Below, in pieces: positions 38,705 to 46,993 of a stretch of DNA of 64,000 nt. Below the pieces are notes generated by a model. The model saw nothing but the letters and a program-made list of their open reading frames with translations, did not search any database and was not told the DNA's origin. The first letter of the stretch is position 1; every line of letters starts with the position of its first letter. This stretch comes from Nitrospirota bacterium (GTDB lineage Bacteria > Nitrospirota > Thermodesulfovibrionia > Thermodesulfovibrionales > Dissulfurispiraceae): the NCBI GenBank assembly GCA_040754455.1, contig JBFMCP010000013.1:1-64000 (forward strand), written 5' to 3'. A program made the translations under genes and the position numbers.

Positions 38705-38956
38705 GCAGTTCACTATAACAACCGGTCAAATTGGTTTACTACTAACTATAAGGTGCATTGACTTTTACTATTCAAAATGAGTATAAATATGAGACCCGAT
38801 CCAAAAGACGTTGAAGAGATGCGGAAGCGGAAAGCAGCACCGATAGCATGCAAAGAGGAAATGATGAGGCCGGAAGCATCGGCTGTACTTTTTATATTGA
38901 ATCAGTAGCAGTTGCAGCGATACAGTAGTTCCAAAAAGAAGGGGGGCTTTTTGGAT

Positions 38957-39325
38957 TTGCCCACAAGAAAGGCCGTAGTCGTTGATGATGACCAAGATGT
39001 GCTGTCAGTGATTGTTGAAATCATGACGCTCCTTGGATTTGACGTTGAAGGCTTTTTATGTCCTGTTGCTGCATTGGAGCATATAAAAGGCAATGAGGTG
39101 GACATCGTCCTTACTGATTTTAAAATGCCTGAGATGGACGGGTTTGAGTTCGTGAAAAATATCCGGGAAATCAACAACAGCGTTCCCATCGTGATGGTTA
39201 CCGGAGAGGAGGATACCACAGTGTTCAGACAGAAGGCGTTCAGAGAAGGGGTGACCGAGATGTTCAGCAAGCCCTTTGATTTTCTCGAATTCGGCATGGC
39301 CATCAGACGTCTCGTGAAGCGATGA
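38957..39325 (+). CDS. Single-domain response regulator (CheY-like); start uncertain
   Basis: VVDDD, LTDFKMPEMDG, MVTG, KPF. Confidence 0.85.
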   Translation: MPTRKAVVVDDDQDVLSVIVEIMTLLGFDVEGFLCPVAALEHIKGNEVDIVLTDFKMPEMDGFEFVKNIREINNSVPIVMVTGEEDTTVFRQKAFREGVTEMFSKPFDFLEFGMAIRRLVKR

Positions 39326-39496
39326 TAGCGTTACTGCCTGCACGGTTTTAAAGAGACTTCACCCATCGCCTCCACGCCCAGAGGAGCTGTTGAAGAGGTA
39401 ATATTAAAGGACTTGTTCCCGGGGAAGTCGGCCTCCCTGTTTGCTTTTTGGGCCGTTTTCTTTTATGCTAAAGGTATCAAACTTTTGGAGGTAAGG

Positions 39497-39841
39497 ATGC
39501 TTACAATTACTGATAAGGCTGCCGCAAAGGCAAAGACCATATTGGCTGCCGAGGGGAAAGACAGCTGGGGTCTCAGGATCTATAGTGCCGGAGGAGGCTG
39601 CTGCGGGCCCTCATATGGTCTTGATATAGATGAGAGATCCCAGCCTGACGATGAGGTCCTCGAGAAGGACGGGCTCAGGGTCTTTATTGACAAGAACACG
39701 ATTGGGAACCTTGCCGGCATGCAGCTCGATTATTATGAGGACGGCGAGCAGGAAGGCTTTATCCTCACCGGCGGTCAGGCGCCTTCGTGCGGCCCCCAGA
39801 GCGGCGGCGGTTGCGGATCAGGCTGCAGCAGCTGCGGATAA
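39497..39841 (+). CDS. HesB/IscA-family Fe-S assembly accessory protein
   Basis: MLTITDKA, LRI..GGGCCGPSYGL.ID, Cys-rich tail. Confidence 0.85.
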   Translation: MLTITDKAAAKAKTILAAEGKDSWGLRIYSAGGGCCGPSYGLDIDERSQPDDEVLEKDGLRVFIDKNTIGNLAGMQLDYYEDGEQEGFILTGGQAPSCGPQSGGGCGSGCSSCG

Positions 39842-39842
39842 A

Positions 39843-39925
39843 GAAAAAATGAAAATGTAAAATGAAAAAAAGTGAAATTGAGGAGTTCCTTAATTTTGCA
39901 TTTTGATTTTTGCATTTTAAATTGC
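39843..39925. repeat. AT-rich heptamer inverted-repeat hairpin between the hesB-like gene and hemB
   Basis: AAAATGA/AAATGTA/AAATGAA arm facing TTTTGCA/TTTTGAT/TTTTGCA arm. Confidence 0.55.
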
Positions 39926-39931
39926 TGAGCT

Positions 39932-40903
39932 ATGTTCCCTGTACATAGATACAGAAGACTCAGGAAGGACGATGTCATCAGGAGGATGGTCCGGGAGACC
40001 GCCATCTCTCCTGATGATTTTATTTATCCCCTCTTTGTGACCTTCGGCAAGGGTGTGAGGAAAGAGATAGCCTCGATGCCCGGCTGCTACCAGGAATCGG
40101 TCGACGAGATTGTGAAGAACGCAAAAGAAATTCATTCCCTCGGCATTCCTTCGGTCATCCTCTTCGGCATCCCGCAGCAAAAGGATGAGCTGGGTACTTC
40201 TGCCTACAATGACCAGGGTGAGGTGCAGCAGGCGATCAAGGCTATCAAGGATGCGGTCCCCGGGCTGTATGTCATTACCGATGTCTGCATGTGCGAATAC
40301 ACGAGCCACGGTCATTGCGGCGTGATCGAAAAGGGGGAGGTCCAGAATGACAAGACCCTCAATCTCCTCGCCATGGAGGCGCTGTCCCATGCACGGGCGG
40401 GCGCTGACATGGTCGCTCCCTCGGACATGATGGACGGCAGGGTCGATGCAATCAGAAAGGCGCTCGACGGTGAGGGGTTTTCGGGCATCCCAATAATGTC
40501 GTATGCCGCCAAATACGCTTCGGCATTTTATGGCCCTTTCCGGGAGGCTGCGGAATCAACTCCCCAATTCGGAGACCGTCGCTCCTACCAGATGGATCCT
40601 GCCAACAGACGCGAGGCGATCAAAGAGGTCGCCCTCGATGTGGCTGAAGGCGCCGATATCGTCATGGTAAAACCGGCGCTCTCCTATCTCGACATCATCT
40701 CCGATGTGAAAGCTTCCTTCGGAGTCCCGGTTGCTGCATACAATGTCAGCGGCGAATACTCGATGGTCAAAGCTGCCGGCAGGATGGGATGGATCGATGA
40801 GACGAGGGTAATGATGGAGATACTGCTCTCGATCAAGCGCGCCGGTGCCGACCTGATCCTCACCTACTTCGCCAAAGACGCAGCAAAAATCCTGAACGGC
40901 TAA
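39932..40903 (+). CDS. hemB: Porphobilinogen synthase
   Basis: [43 protein letters not shown]. Confidence 0.97.
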   Translation: MFPVHRYRRLRKDDVIRRMVRETAISPDDFIYPLFVTFGKGVRKEIASMPGCYQESVDEIVKNAKEIHSLGIPSVILFGIPQQKDELGTSAYNDQGEVQQAIKAIKDAVPGLYVITDVCMCEYTSHGHCGVIEKGEVQNDKTLNLLAMEALSHARAGADMVAPSDMMDGRVDAIRKALDGEGFSGIPIMSYAAKYASAFYGPFREAAESTPQFGDRRSYQMDPANRREAIKEVALDVAEGADIVMVKPALSYLDIISDVKASFGVPVAAYNVSGEYSMVKAAGRMGWIDETRVMMEILLSIKRAGADLILTYFAKDAAKILNG

Positions 40904-41066
40904 TCTCTTGCCTTCATATTTCAAATTTAAATCAGGCCTCCTCCTCAAGTAAGAGATTGAAGCCCTGGAGCAAGCCGGATGCCTTGCGAGAATGAAGAGG
41001 AGGCCCTGTGTCTTGCCTCCTCCCGCACCATGTATGAACTACTTAGACTAAACTGGCAGAGTAAAC

Positions 41067-42245
41067 TTACAATATCTTTTTGACCTTGTCGAACGCCTCT
41101 TCTATTATGTGCGGCTCCGGCAGAAACGTGGTCCGGAAATAGACACCGTCTTCCTGTCTTCCGAACCCTGAACCGGGGACGAAAACAACTCCTTCCTTGA
41201 GAGCGGCGCGTACGAACTGTACATCTTTCTTCCACTTTGGCGTCTCGATCTTTATGAACGCGTAGAACGCGCCGTTCGGCGTCGGGAATGAAAGCGGCAG
41301 CCGCTTCGTCATATTCATAAAGGTATCTCTTCTCTCAATGAGCTTCCTCTTCATATCGGAGATGTAGTCAGGATAGGCGAGGTCTATGAGCGCCGCCGCC
41401 GCCGCCTTCTGGTACTCCCAGTTTACCGAAAGGCGCTGGTTGCAGAGCAGGAAGAACGCATTTTTGACATCTTCCCATCTCTCACCGTGGAACGCGACCC
41501 AGCCGATCCGGGCGCCGGGGTAGCTGAAGTCCTTCGAAAGCGAGCTCCCGTAAATGAACGGCACTTTCCCCCTGGCGATCTTCCTGAAATCAATCTGCCT
41601 GCCTTCGTAGATGAGCTGGTCATAGGACCCGTCGTAGAATATCGGGACATCATACTCGGCGCAGAGCTTTACGACCTCTTCGAGGTTCTTTTTGGAGTAG
41701 ACCGAGCCGAGGGGATTGTTCGGATTGATGATCACCATCGCCTTGGCGCCCTCGATCTTCCGTGCCAGATGTTCTACATCGATCTGGCCGTCCGCAGTAT
41801 GCCGGTAGAAGACGCTGTCGCCCTCGAACTGCTTTGCCTTGCTGATATAGAGCGGATAGGTCGGGTTGGGAAGGAGCACCTTCTCCCCGAAGCCGATGAA
41901 CGAATGAAAGAAGAAGTCTATGCCTTCGGTGAGGCCCGCGACAACGAAGACGTCCTCTGGCGCGCACTTCTCGATCTTCGCCACGGTCTTCCTGAGCTGT
42001 TCGTCGCCCTCGGAGGGTGCGTAGCCCCTGCAGTTCTCGTCGAGCGCGCTCTTTACCCGCTCGGCAATCGCCCTGAACGGCGTGAATCCGTACTGGGGGG
42101 GGTCACCGATGTTGAGATAGATCATCCGCTTGCCCTTCGCCTCTTCGCGCTTGGCTTCCATCACTATATCACGTATCGGGTAGCTTACAACGTTCATTCG
42201 TTCTGTCGGCCTGAACGGCAGCTGCCGCCTCAAATGTAGCATCAT
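41067..42245 (-). CDS. PLP aminotransferase class I/II (AlaA-like)
   Basis: LNIGDP, INPNNPLG, D.SY, SLSK....G.RIGW, GAFY, VPGSGF. Confidence 0.9.
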   Translation of the reverse strand: MMLHLRRQLPFRPTERMNVVSYPIRDIVMEAKREEAKGKRMIYLNIGDPPQYGFTPFRAIAERVKSALDENCRGYAPSEGDEQLRKTVAKIEKCAPEDVFVVAGLTEGIDFFFHSFIGFGEKVLLPNPTYPLYISKAKQFEGDSVFYRHTADGQIDVEHLARKIEGAKAMVIINPNNPLGSVYSKKNLEEVVKLCAEYDVPIFYDGSYDQLIYEGRQIDFRKIARGKVPFIYGSSLSKDFSYPGARIGWVAFHGERWEDVKNAFFLLCNQRLSVNWEYQKAAAAALIDLAYPDYISDMKRKLIERRDTFMNMTKRLPLSFPTPNGAFYAFIKIETPKWKKDVQFVRAALKEGVVFVPGSGFGRQEDGVYFRTTFLPEPHIIEEAFDKVKKIL

Positions 42246-42499
42246 ATCATCGTCTCCTCGTCCTTACGGCGCTCCTCTTTGTTTGTCACGAGGGAGCATC
42301 AAACCAAATTGCACTGGCAATTACCAGCCTTATGAGCATTCGTAAGAATAACACTCGCCGGGGGAAATTGACAAGGGAGAGATGCAGAAGTCGGCAGAGG
42401 GTAGACAGACGCACAGCGCGGGAACAGTTGACTACTCTTTGAAATTAACCCCTCTAGAAATGACCGTCAGGAGCCATCGCAGGCCGGCCCCAGGACGTG

Positions 42500-42850
42500 C
42501 TATTCGGCATTTTTCAGGAATTTGGCCATGCCGGCCCGCTCGGATAGCAGCTCGGAGAGCACCTCTTTCATGAGGCTGCATACCTCGATGATTTTCGGAT
42601 GGGCGATGCTGTAATGGACGCTGACCCCGTCCCTTCTGCTCTTCAATATCCCTTTCATCTTCATCACCGAAAGGTGTTGTGATATGTTTGTTTTGGGCAT
42701 ATCGAGCGCTTCAACGAGCTCGGCAACCGTCTTCTCTCCGTCCTTCAGGACGGTGAGTATCTCGATCCTCACAGGACTTGCCAGTATCTTGCAGATCTCC
42801 GCCTGAAGCTCATAAACCGATGTCGCTCTCTTCCTGTTGGCCAAGTTCAA
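42500..42850 (-). CDS. ArsR/SmtB-family regulator; start uncertain
   Basis: QAEICK.LA.PVR..IL, ISQHL, RRDG..V.Y; GGAGGAGG before TTG. Confidence 0.88.
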   Translation of the reverse strand: MNLANRKRATSVYELQAEICKILASPVRIEILTVLKDGEKTVAELVEALDMPKTNISQHLSVMKMKGILKSRRDGVSVHYSIAHPKIIEVCSLMKEVLSELLSERAGMAKFLKNAE

Positions 42851-42993
42851 ACACCCTCCTCCATGCGGACGCCCTTTGTGCCCATTCATTCCGGAGCAGC
42901 CGATGCTCCTCGCATGACTATAATATTATGATTATCATGGATCGGGCGCGGTGCTGTCTTTTGAAATCTTGCCGGAAATATCGGAAAATTGCT

Positions 42994-43887
42994 CTAACAG
43001 CTTTTACGATACTTGAGAGGTGTTATGGAGGTAAACTTTCGAAATGTGTCAGTGAAATGGCTCTGGCTCTGGAAGCCCACGGAATAAGCAATGACGGCCA
43101 GAGGCAAGTCGGTCTCCCTTAAAAGCGTCTTGGCCCGCTCGATTCTCTGCTCTATGAGATAGCGATGAGGAGTACGGCCCGTTGTATGCTTGAACGACCG
43201 GGCAAAGTAGTAGGGACTCATGCCCAGCTCCTGTGCCACCTCGGTAAGGGTAATGTCTTTTTCCAAATTATCATGTATAAACTCGATGGCTCTCTCTAGT
43301 TTTCTTTGAGGCAGGGCACCCTTCATGGTCTCCGGCAATTTTCCATCGGCTGAATATTTGCTCAAGAGAAGAGCTGCCAGGGCGTAAGCAAGCGATTCGC
43401 CGTAAAGACGACCCGCATGACCTCCTGTCTCCACCTCTGTTTTGAATGCCATAACTATCTGCCGTATCTGTTCATCGAAGATGCCTACGCGCTGCACGAT
43501 CTGAATACGGTCCTCATATGTCAGTTCGTGTGCGGCCCGTGCCATGATATGCGGAGCGAGGGAGAGCACTAAAAGATCCGCATCCTCAGTCAGACGGACC
43601 TTGCGTGATGCATTAAGGGGATGAATACCCAACGAGCCGGGGGCCGTTATTCCGCGCTTGAACCGTCCATTCTCTTTGTATTCAAGCAGGGCGGGACTGC
43701 TCAGCTGGCAGACGATCATATAGGTTTGGCATACGCCCTCCGGCAATTCCTGTGCAGGCAGGCGGTGCCGTTCGAGAATAATCCCGTCCCACGGCGCTTT
43801 CCGGCTCGTAAGCACCGGCGCCCCTGGATAGACGGGGCGGCATTTTTTTGTGGTGATGTCGGTTTGAAAAATATTGCTCTGAGCCAT
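42994..43887 (-). CDS. AraC-family transcriptional regulator
   Basis: MSPYYFARSFK..TG.TP, IAYSVGFQSQSHFT..FRK. Confidence 0.92.
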   Translation of the reverse strand: MAQSNIFQTDITTKKCRPVYPGAPVLTSRKAPWDGIILERHRLPAQELPEGVCQTYMIVCQLSSPALLEYKENGRFKRGITAPGSLGIHPLNASRKVRLTEDADLLVLSLAPHIMARAAHELTYEDRIQIVQRVGIFDEQIRQIVMAFKTEVETGGHAGRLYGESLAYALAALLLSKYSADGKLPETMKGALPQRKLERAIEFIHDNLEKDITLTEVAQELGMSPYYFARSFKHTTGRTPHRYLIEQRIERAKTLLRETDLPLAVIAYSVGFQSQSHFTDTFRKFTSITPLKYRKSC

Positions 43888-44020
43888 CGCTGCCTCGTGA
43901 GAGCGTCGTGCCCTTGAAGTCTATATAATAACCGAAGCCACCGGTAAATTAAAATTCACCTTAGCCCTGAAGATTGTCCCATGAAGACCGTTTTCTAATA
44001 ACTGGTTGGACAACAAAAAA

Positions 44021-44596
44021 ATGACTGAAAAATCTCTAGAACAAATTCTTCAAGAACAACGTAAGTATGCTGCTTTCTTCGAATGGCCTGACAAGCAGAG
44101 CAAGGAATGTGGCATCGTACAGTGCCTTTTGGAGAGCATGGAAAATCACGGCTTAGCTCCTTTCACAGGTTTGAGGCCAGGCCCTTCTCCAAATCACGCG
44201 CCTGACTGCATTGCTGAGGATAAATCTGGAGAAACGGTCGCCATAGAAGTCACCGAATTTGTGTCTCGAAAAGCCATTGAAATGAATCAAAGAGGCAAGA
44301 ACGTCTACCACTACTGGAAGCCCGATGAAGTCATCAACGAAGTAAAGAAAATCATCACCCAAAAGGATGGAGTTACATATAGAGGGGGACCATACTCCAA
44401 GATTGTCCTTGTAATCCACACAGATGAAATTGCTCTGGATCATGAAACATACAGCACCGTTCTGTCAGGGGCGGCATTTGAGGCGCAGACTATAGATGGG
44501 GCTTTTTTCCTGTTTTCATACCGTCCTCAGGTGAAAAGTTATCCACATGTGCAGCTCAATTTAATGTCCAACAAGCCTCTGGAGCCGATTCGCTGA
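44021..44596 (+). CDS. Cassette-encoded hypothetical protein, possibly PD-(D/E)XK nuclease-like
   Basis: ATG 10 nt after the core site; E...APDCIAEDKSGETVAIEVTE pattern; stop codon lies inside attC. Confidence 0.75.
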   Translation: MTEKSLEQILQEQRKYAAFFEWPDKQSKECGIVQCLLESMENHGLAPFTGLRPGPSPNHAPDCIAEDKSGETVAIEVTEFVSRKAIEMNQRGKNVYHYWKPDEVINEVKKIITQKDGVTYRGGPYSKIVLVIHTDEIALDHETYSTVLSGAAFEAQTIDGAFFLFSYRPQVKSYPHVQLNLMSNKPLEPIR

Positions 44597-44627
44597 CGCC
44601 CACGGCTCAGCGGCGAAACCGTTAATG
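44566..44627 (+). other. attC recombination site (62 bp)
   Basis: GTCCAAC-AA-GCC-T-CTG(G)AGCCG...CGGCTCAG-C-GGC-GAAACC-GTTAATG: imperfect hairpin with one extra base in L''. Confidence 0.8.
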
Positions 44628-44843
44628 ATGTAAGTTTCTACCACAAGTCCGTTCGCTTCAAGGTCTCCCAGCTCCGCGATGTCGCAGGTGGAGCCCTCAA
44701 TCATAACACGCAAAAAAAGTGAGTCTTTCAGAAAGAAGAGTATACGTCGTATTTCTAAATGAAAGAATTAGTGCTGGGAAGGATATCGGAAAAAGCTGAT
44801 GATCGACTTGCTCCGGGATTACTCGTAATAAGAACCTTAATCT

Positions 44844-46202
44844 CTACACGCCGAAGATTTTTCCGGGATTTATCATTCCCCTCGGATCGAAGACTTTTTT
44901 GATGCTTCTCATAAGCTCCATTTCCCGCTCTCTGATCTCCATGCCGAGGTAGGGCGCTTTAGTCACGCCGATACCGTGCTCTCCTGAGAGCGAGCCGCCG
45001 AGCCTGAGGGTGATCTCGAAGATCTTTTTTATCAGTTCCTGGCCTTTTGCATATTCTTCCCTGTTGTTCTTATCGACCATGATGTTGACGTGGAGGTTGC
45101 CGTCGCCGGCGTGGCCGAAGCTGACGATGGGGATGCGGCTCTCCTCGGACATCTTTCTCATCGCTATCAACATCGCGGGGATCTTGTCTCGAGGGACTAC
45201 AATATCTTCATTCAGCTTTGCCGGCTTGATGTGGTAGAGCGCCGGCGAAATCGAGCGCCGCGCTTCCCACAGCCGCTCGCGCGCGAGCGTGTCTTCTGCG
45301 ATGATCGCCTCGCCGCCGAGAGTGGTGCAGATGTCGACGACGCGCTCCGCTTCTTTTTTGATTGTCGCCGGGTAGCCGTCGAGCTCGATGAGGAGCAGGG
45401 CCTCGACATCGGTCGGCAGGCCGATAGGTTTGTAGTGCTCGATCGCCTCAATGGAAGAGCGGTCCATCAGTTCCATGGTCCTCGGTATTATCTTCGAAGT
45501 GATGATCTTCGATACCGCTGTCCCCGAGGCTTCAAGGTTGTCGAAGAGCACGAGGAGGGTTATGATGTCTTCAGGCATCGGGAGCATCTTGAGCCGTATT
45601 TTCGTCGTGAGCGCGAGCGTGCCTTCAGAGCCGACGATGAGATCTTTAAGATCATAGCCGACAACCCGCTTGTGGGTCCTTCCGCCCGTCTTTATCACCG
45701 AGCTGTCGGCGAGGACCGCTTCGATCTCCATGACGTAGTCACGGGTAACGCCGTATTTGACCGCTCTCGGGCCGCCGGCATTGGTCGCCACATTCCCGCC
45801 GATGGTGCTGATGTTCATGCTCGCGGGATCGGGCGGGTAGAAGTAGCCCAGGCATTCGAGCTCCTTCTGAAGCCGGCTGTTGACCACGCCCGGCTCTACG
45901 GTGGCGGTCATGTTCTTCGTGTCGATATCGAGAATCTTCTTCATCTTCTCGAAGCTGAGGACGATGCAGCTGCCGTAGGGGATTGCGGCGCCGGTCATGC
46001 CGGTGCCTGCGCCCCTCGCGACGATATGCAGGTTGTTTCCCCTGGCGTAGGTGACGAGTCTGGCGACTTCGTCAGTGTTCCTCGGCCACGCGACCGCCTG
46101 CGGCAGGGCGGCCTCTGCTTTCGATGCATCGAAGCTGTAGCAGATGAGATCTTCCTTTGCAGTAGAGATTTCGATGCCGGGGATGAGCGAGGTGTTTTTC
46201 AT
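44844..46202 (-). CDS. FAD-linked oxidase, GlcD/D-lactate dehydrogenase family
   Basis: RGAGTG, YPPDPAS, GGNVATNAGG, GSEGTL, FGHAGDGNLH, SGEHGIG, NPGK. Confidence 0.92.
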   Translation of the reverse strand: MKNTSLIPGIEISTAKEDLICYSFDASKAEAALPQAVAWPRNTDEVARLVTYARGNNLHIVARGAGTGMTGAAIPYGSCIVLSFEKMKKILDIDTKNMTATVEPGVVNSRLQKELECLGYFYPPDPASMNISTIGGNVATNAGGPRAVKYGVTRDYVMEIEAVLADSSVIKTGGRTHKRVVGYDLKDLIVGSEGTLALTTKIRLKMLPMPEDIITLLVLFDNLEASGTAVSKIITSKIIPRTMELMDRSSIEAIEHYKPIGLPTDVEALLLIELDGYPATIKKEAERVVDICTTLGGEAIIAEDTLARERLWEARRSISPALYHIKPAKLNEDIVVPRDKIPAMLIAMRKMSEESRIPIVSFGHAGDGNLHVNIMVDKNNREEYAKGQELIKKIFEITLRLGGSLSGEHGIGVTKAPYLGMEIREREMELMRSIKKVFDPRGMINPGKIFGV

Positions 46203-46339
46203 ATCCGGAAATTATACTAATTGTTCCGCAATTCTGTAAAACACTCAGAGAGGAATAGAGGTGCACGGTGTCCTTCTTGAGGGACTGCTCTCCGGGGAAG
46301 ATGAACTGAGGGCAACCACAACGTGCATTGCCCTGTTAT

Positions 46340-46555
46340 TCACGATGGTCTTCTGTTGGCTGAGCGGGCGCTTTTAAGCCGCTGGGCCCTGAGCCTCTTT
46401 CTCTTCGCTTCCCGCTGCTTCTGCTTTTCCTTCTCAGAGGGCTTCAGGTAGAAGCTTCTCTTCTTGAGCTCTTTAAGAAGCCCCTCTTTTTGCAACTGGC
46501 GCTTAAGGTCCTTAAGCGCTTTCTCGACATTGTTTCCATGAACGGTTATCTGCAA
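46340..46555 (-). CDS. rpsU: 30S ribosomal protein S21
   Basis: TTG start after AAGGAG; NVEKAL..LKR...KEG...E.KKR.FY.KPSE. Confidence 0.9.
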   Translation of the reverse strand: MQITVHGNNVEKALKDLKRQLQKEGLLKELKKRSFYLKPSEKEKQKQREAKRKRLRAQRLKSARSANRRPS

Positions 46556-46556
46556 G

Positions 46557-46877
46557 TTATCTCCTTCCTCCTCTTCCCATGCCTCCGCCTCTACCGCCGA
46601 AGCCGCCTCTTCCGCTCCTCTCGCGAGGCTGCTGGGGCTTTGCCTCTGCAACGGAGAGCGTCCGCTCCATAAAGGACGAGCCGTTAAGGGATGCTATTGC
46701 CTTTTGTGCGGCCTCTTCTGATTCCATCTCGACAAAGCCGAAGCCCTTGGCCTGCCCGGTGTAGCTGTCGGTGATCATGTTCACCGAGGCAACAGCGCCG
46801 AACTGCTCAAAGAGCGTCTTGATGTCATCCGGGGTCGCTTTGTACGATACATTGCCTACATAGATCTTTTTGCCCAT
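46557..46877 (-). CDS. RRM RNA-binding protein with Gly/Arg-rich tail
   Basis: RNP2 IYVGNV, RNP1 KGFGFVEM, RGG tail. Confidence 0.93.
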   Translation of the reverse strand: MGKKIYVGNVSYKATPDDIKTLFEQFGAVASVNMITDSYTGQAKGFGFVEMESEEAAQKAIASLNGSSFMERTLSVAEAKPQQPRERSGRGGFGGRGGGMGRGGRR

Positions 46878-46897
46878 ACGTGTTCTCCTTTCAGAAC

Positions 46898-46933
46898 AAA
46901 AAGTCCAGGGAGCTTTTTGTAAAGTCCCTGGAC
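46898..46933 (-). terminator. Terminator-like hairpin with U-run just upstream of the RRM gene SD
   Basis: GTCCAGGGA / TCCCTGGAC stem followed on the minus strand by TTTTT. Confidence 0.55.
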
Positions 46934-46993
46934 CTTTAAAAGCTGCTAATATTTAGGATACCTGAGAGAGCCAGTATTGTAAAGGCGACCGGG

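Larger units (their letters stand above)
44005..44627 (+). mobile_element. Solitary integron gene cassette (ORF plus attC)
   Basis: Starts with core site GTTGGAC (44005-44011); attC R'' GTCCAAC (44566-44572) is its exact complement; ends at GTT (44621). Confidence 0.8.

Noticed and set aside
39497..39841. Selenocysteine recoding in HesB or other redox genes
   Set aside because: The relevant positions are ordinary Cys codons; no in-frame TGA interrupts a recognisable gene
42250..42500. Possible riboswitch upstream of the aminotransferase
   Set aside because: No SAM, T-box, lysine or glycine consensus elements recognisable
43919..44704. Short minus-strand ORF that would be restored by removing the cassette (MIEGSTC...NQLLENG...)
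   Set aside because: Under 60 codons, no SD or recognisable family; cannot show that a gene was interrupted
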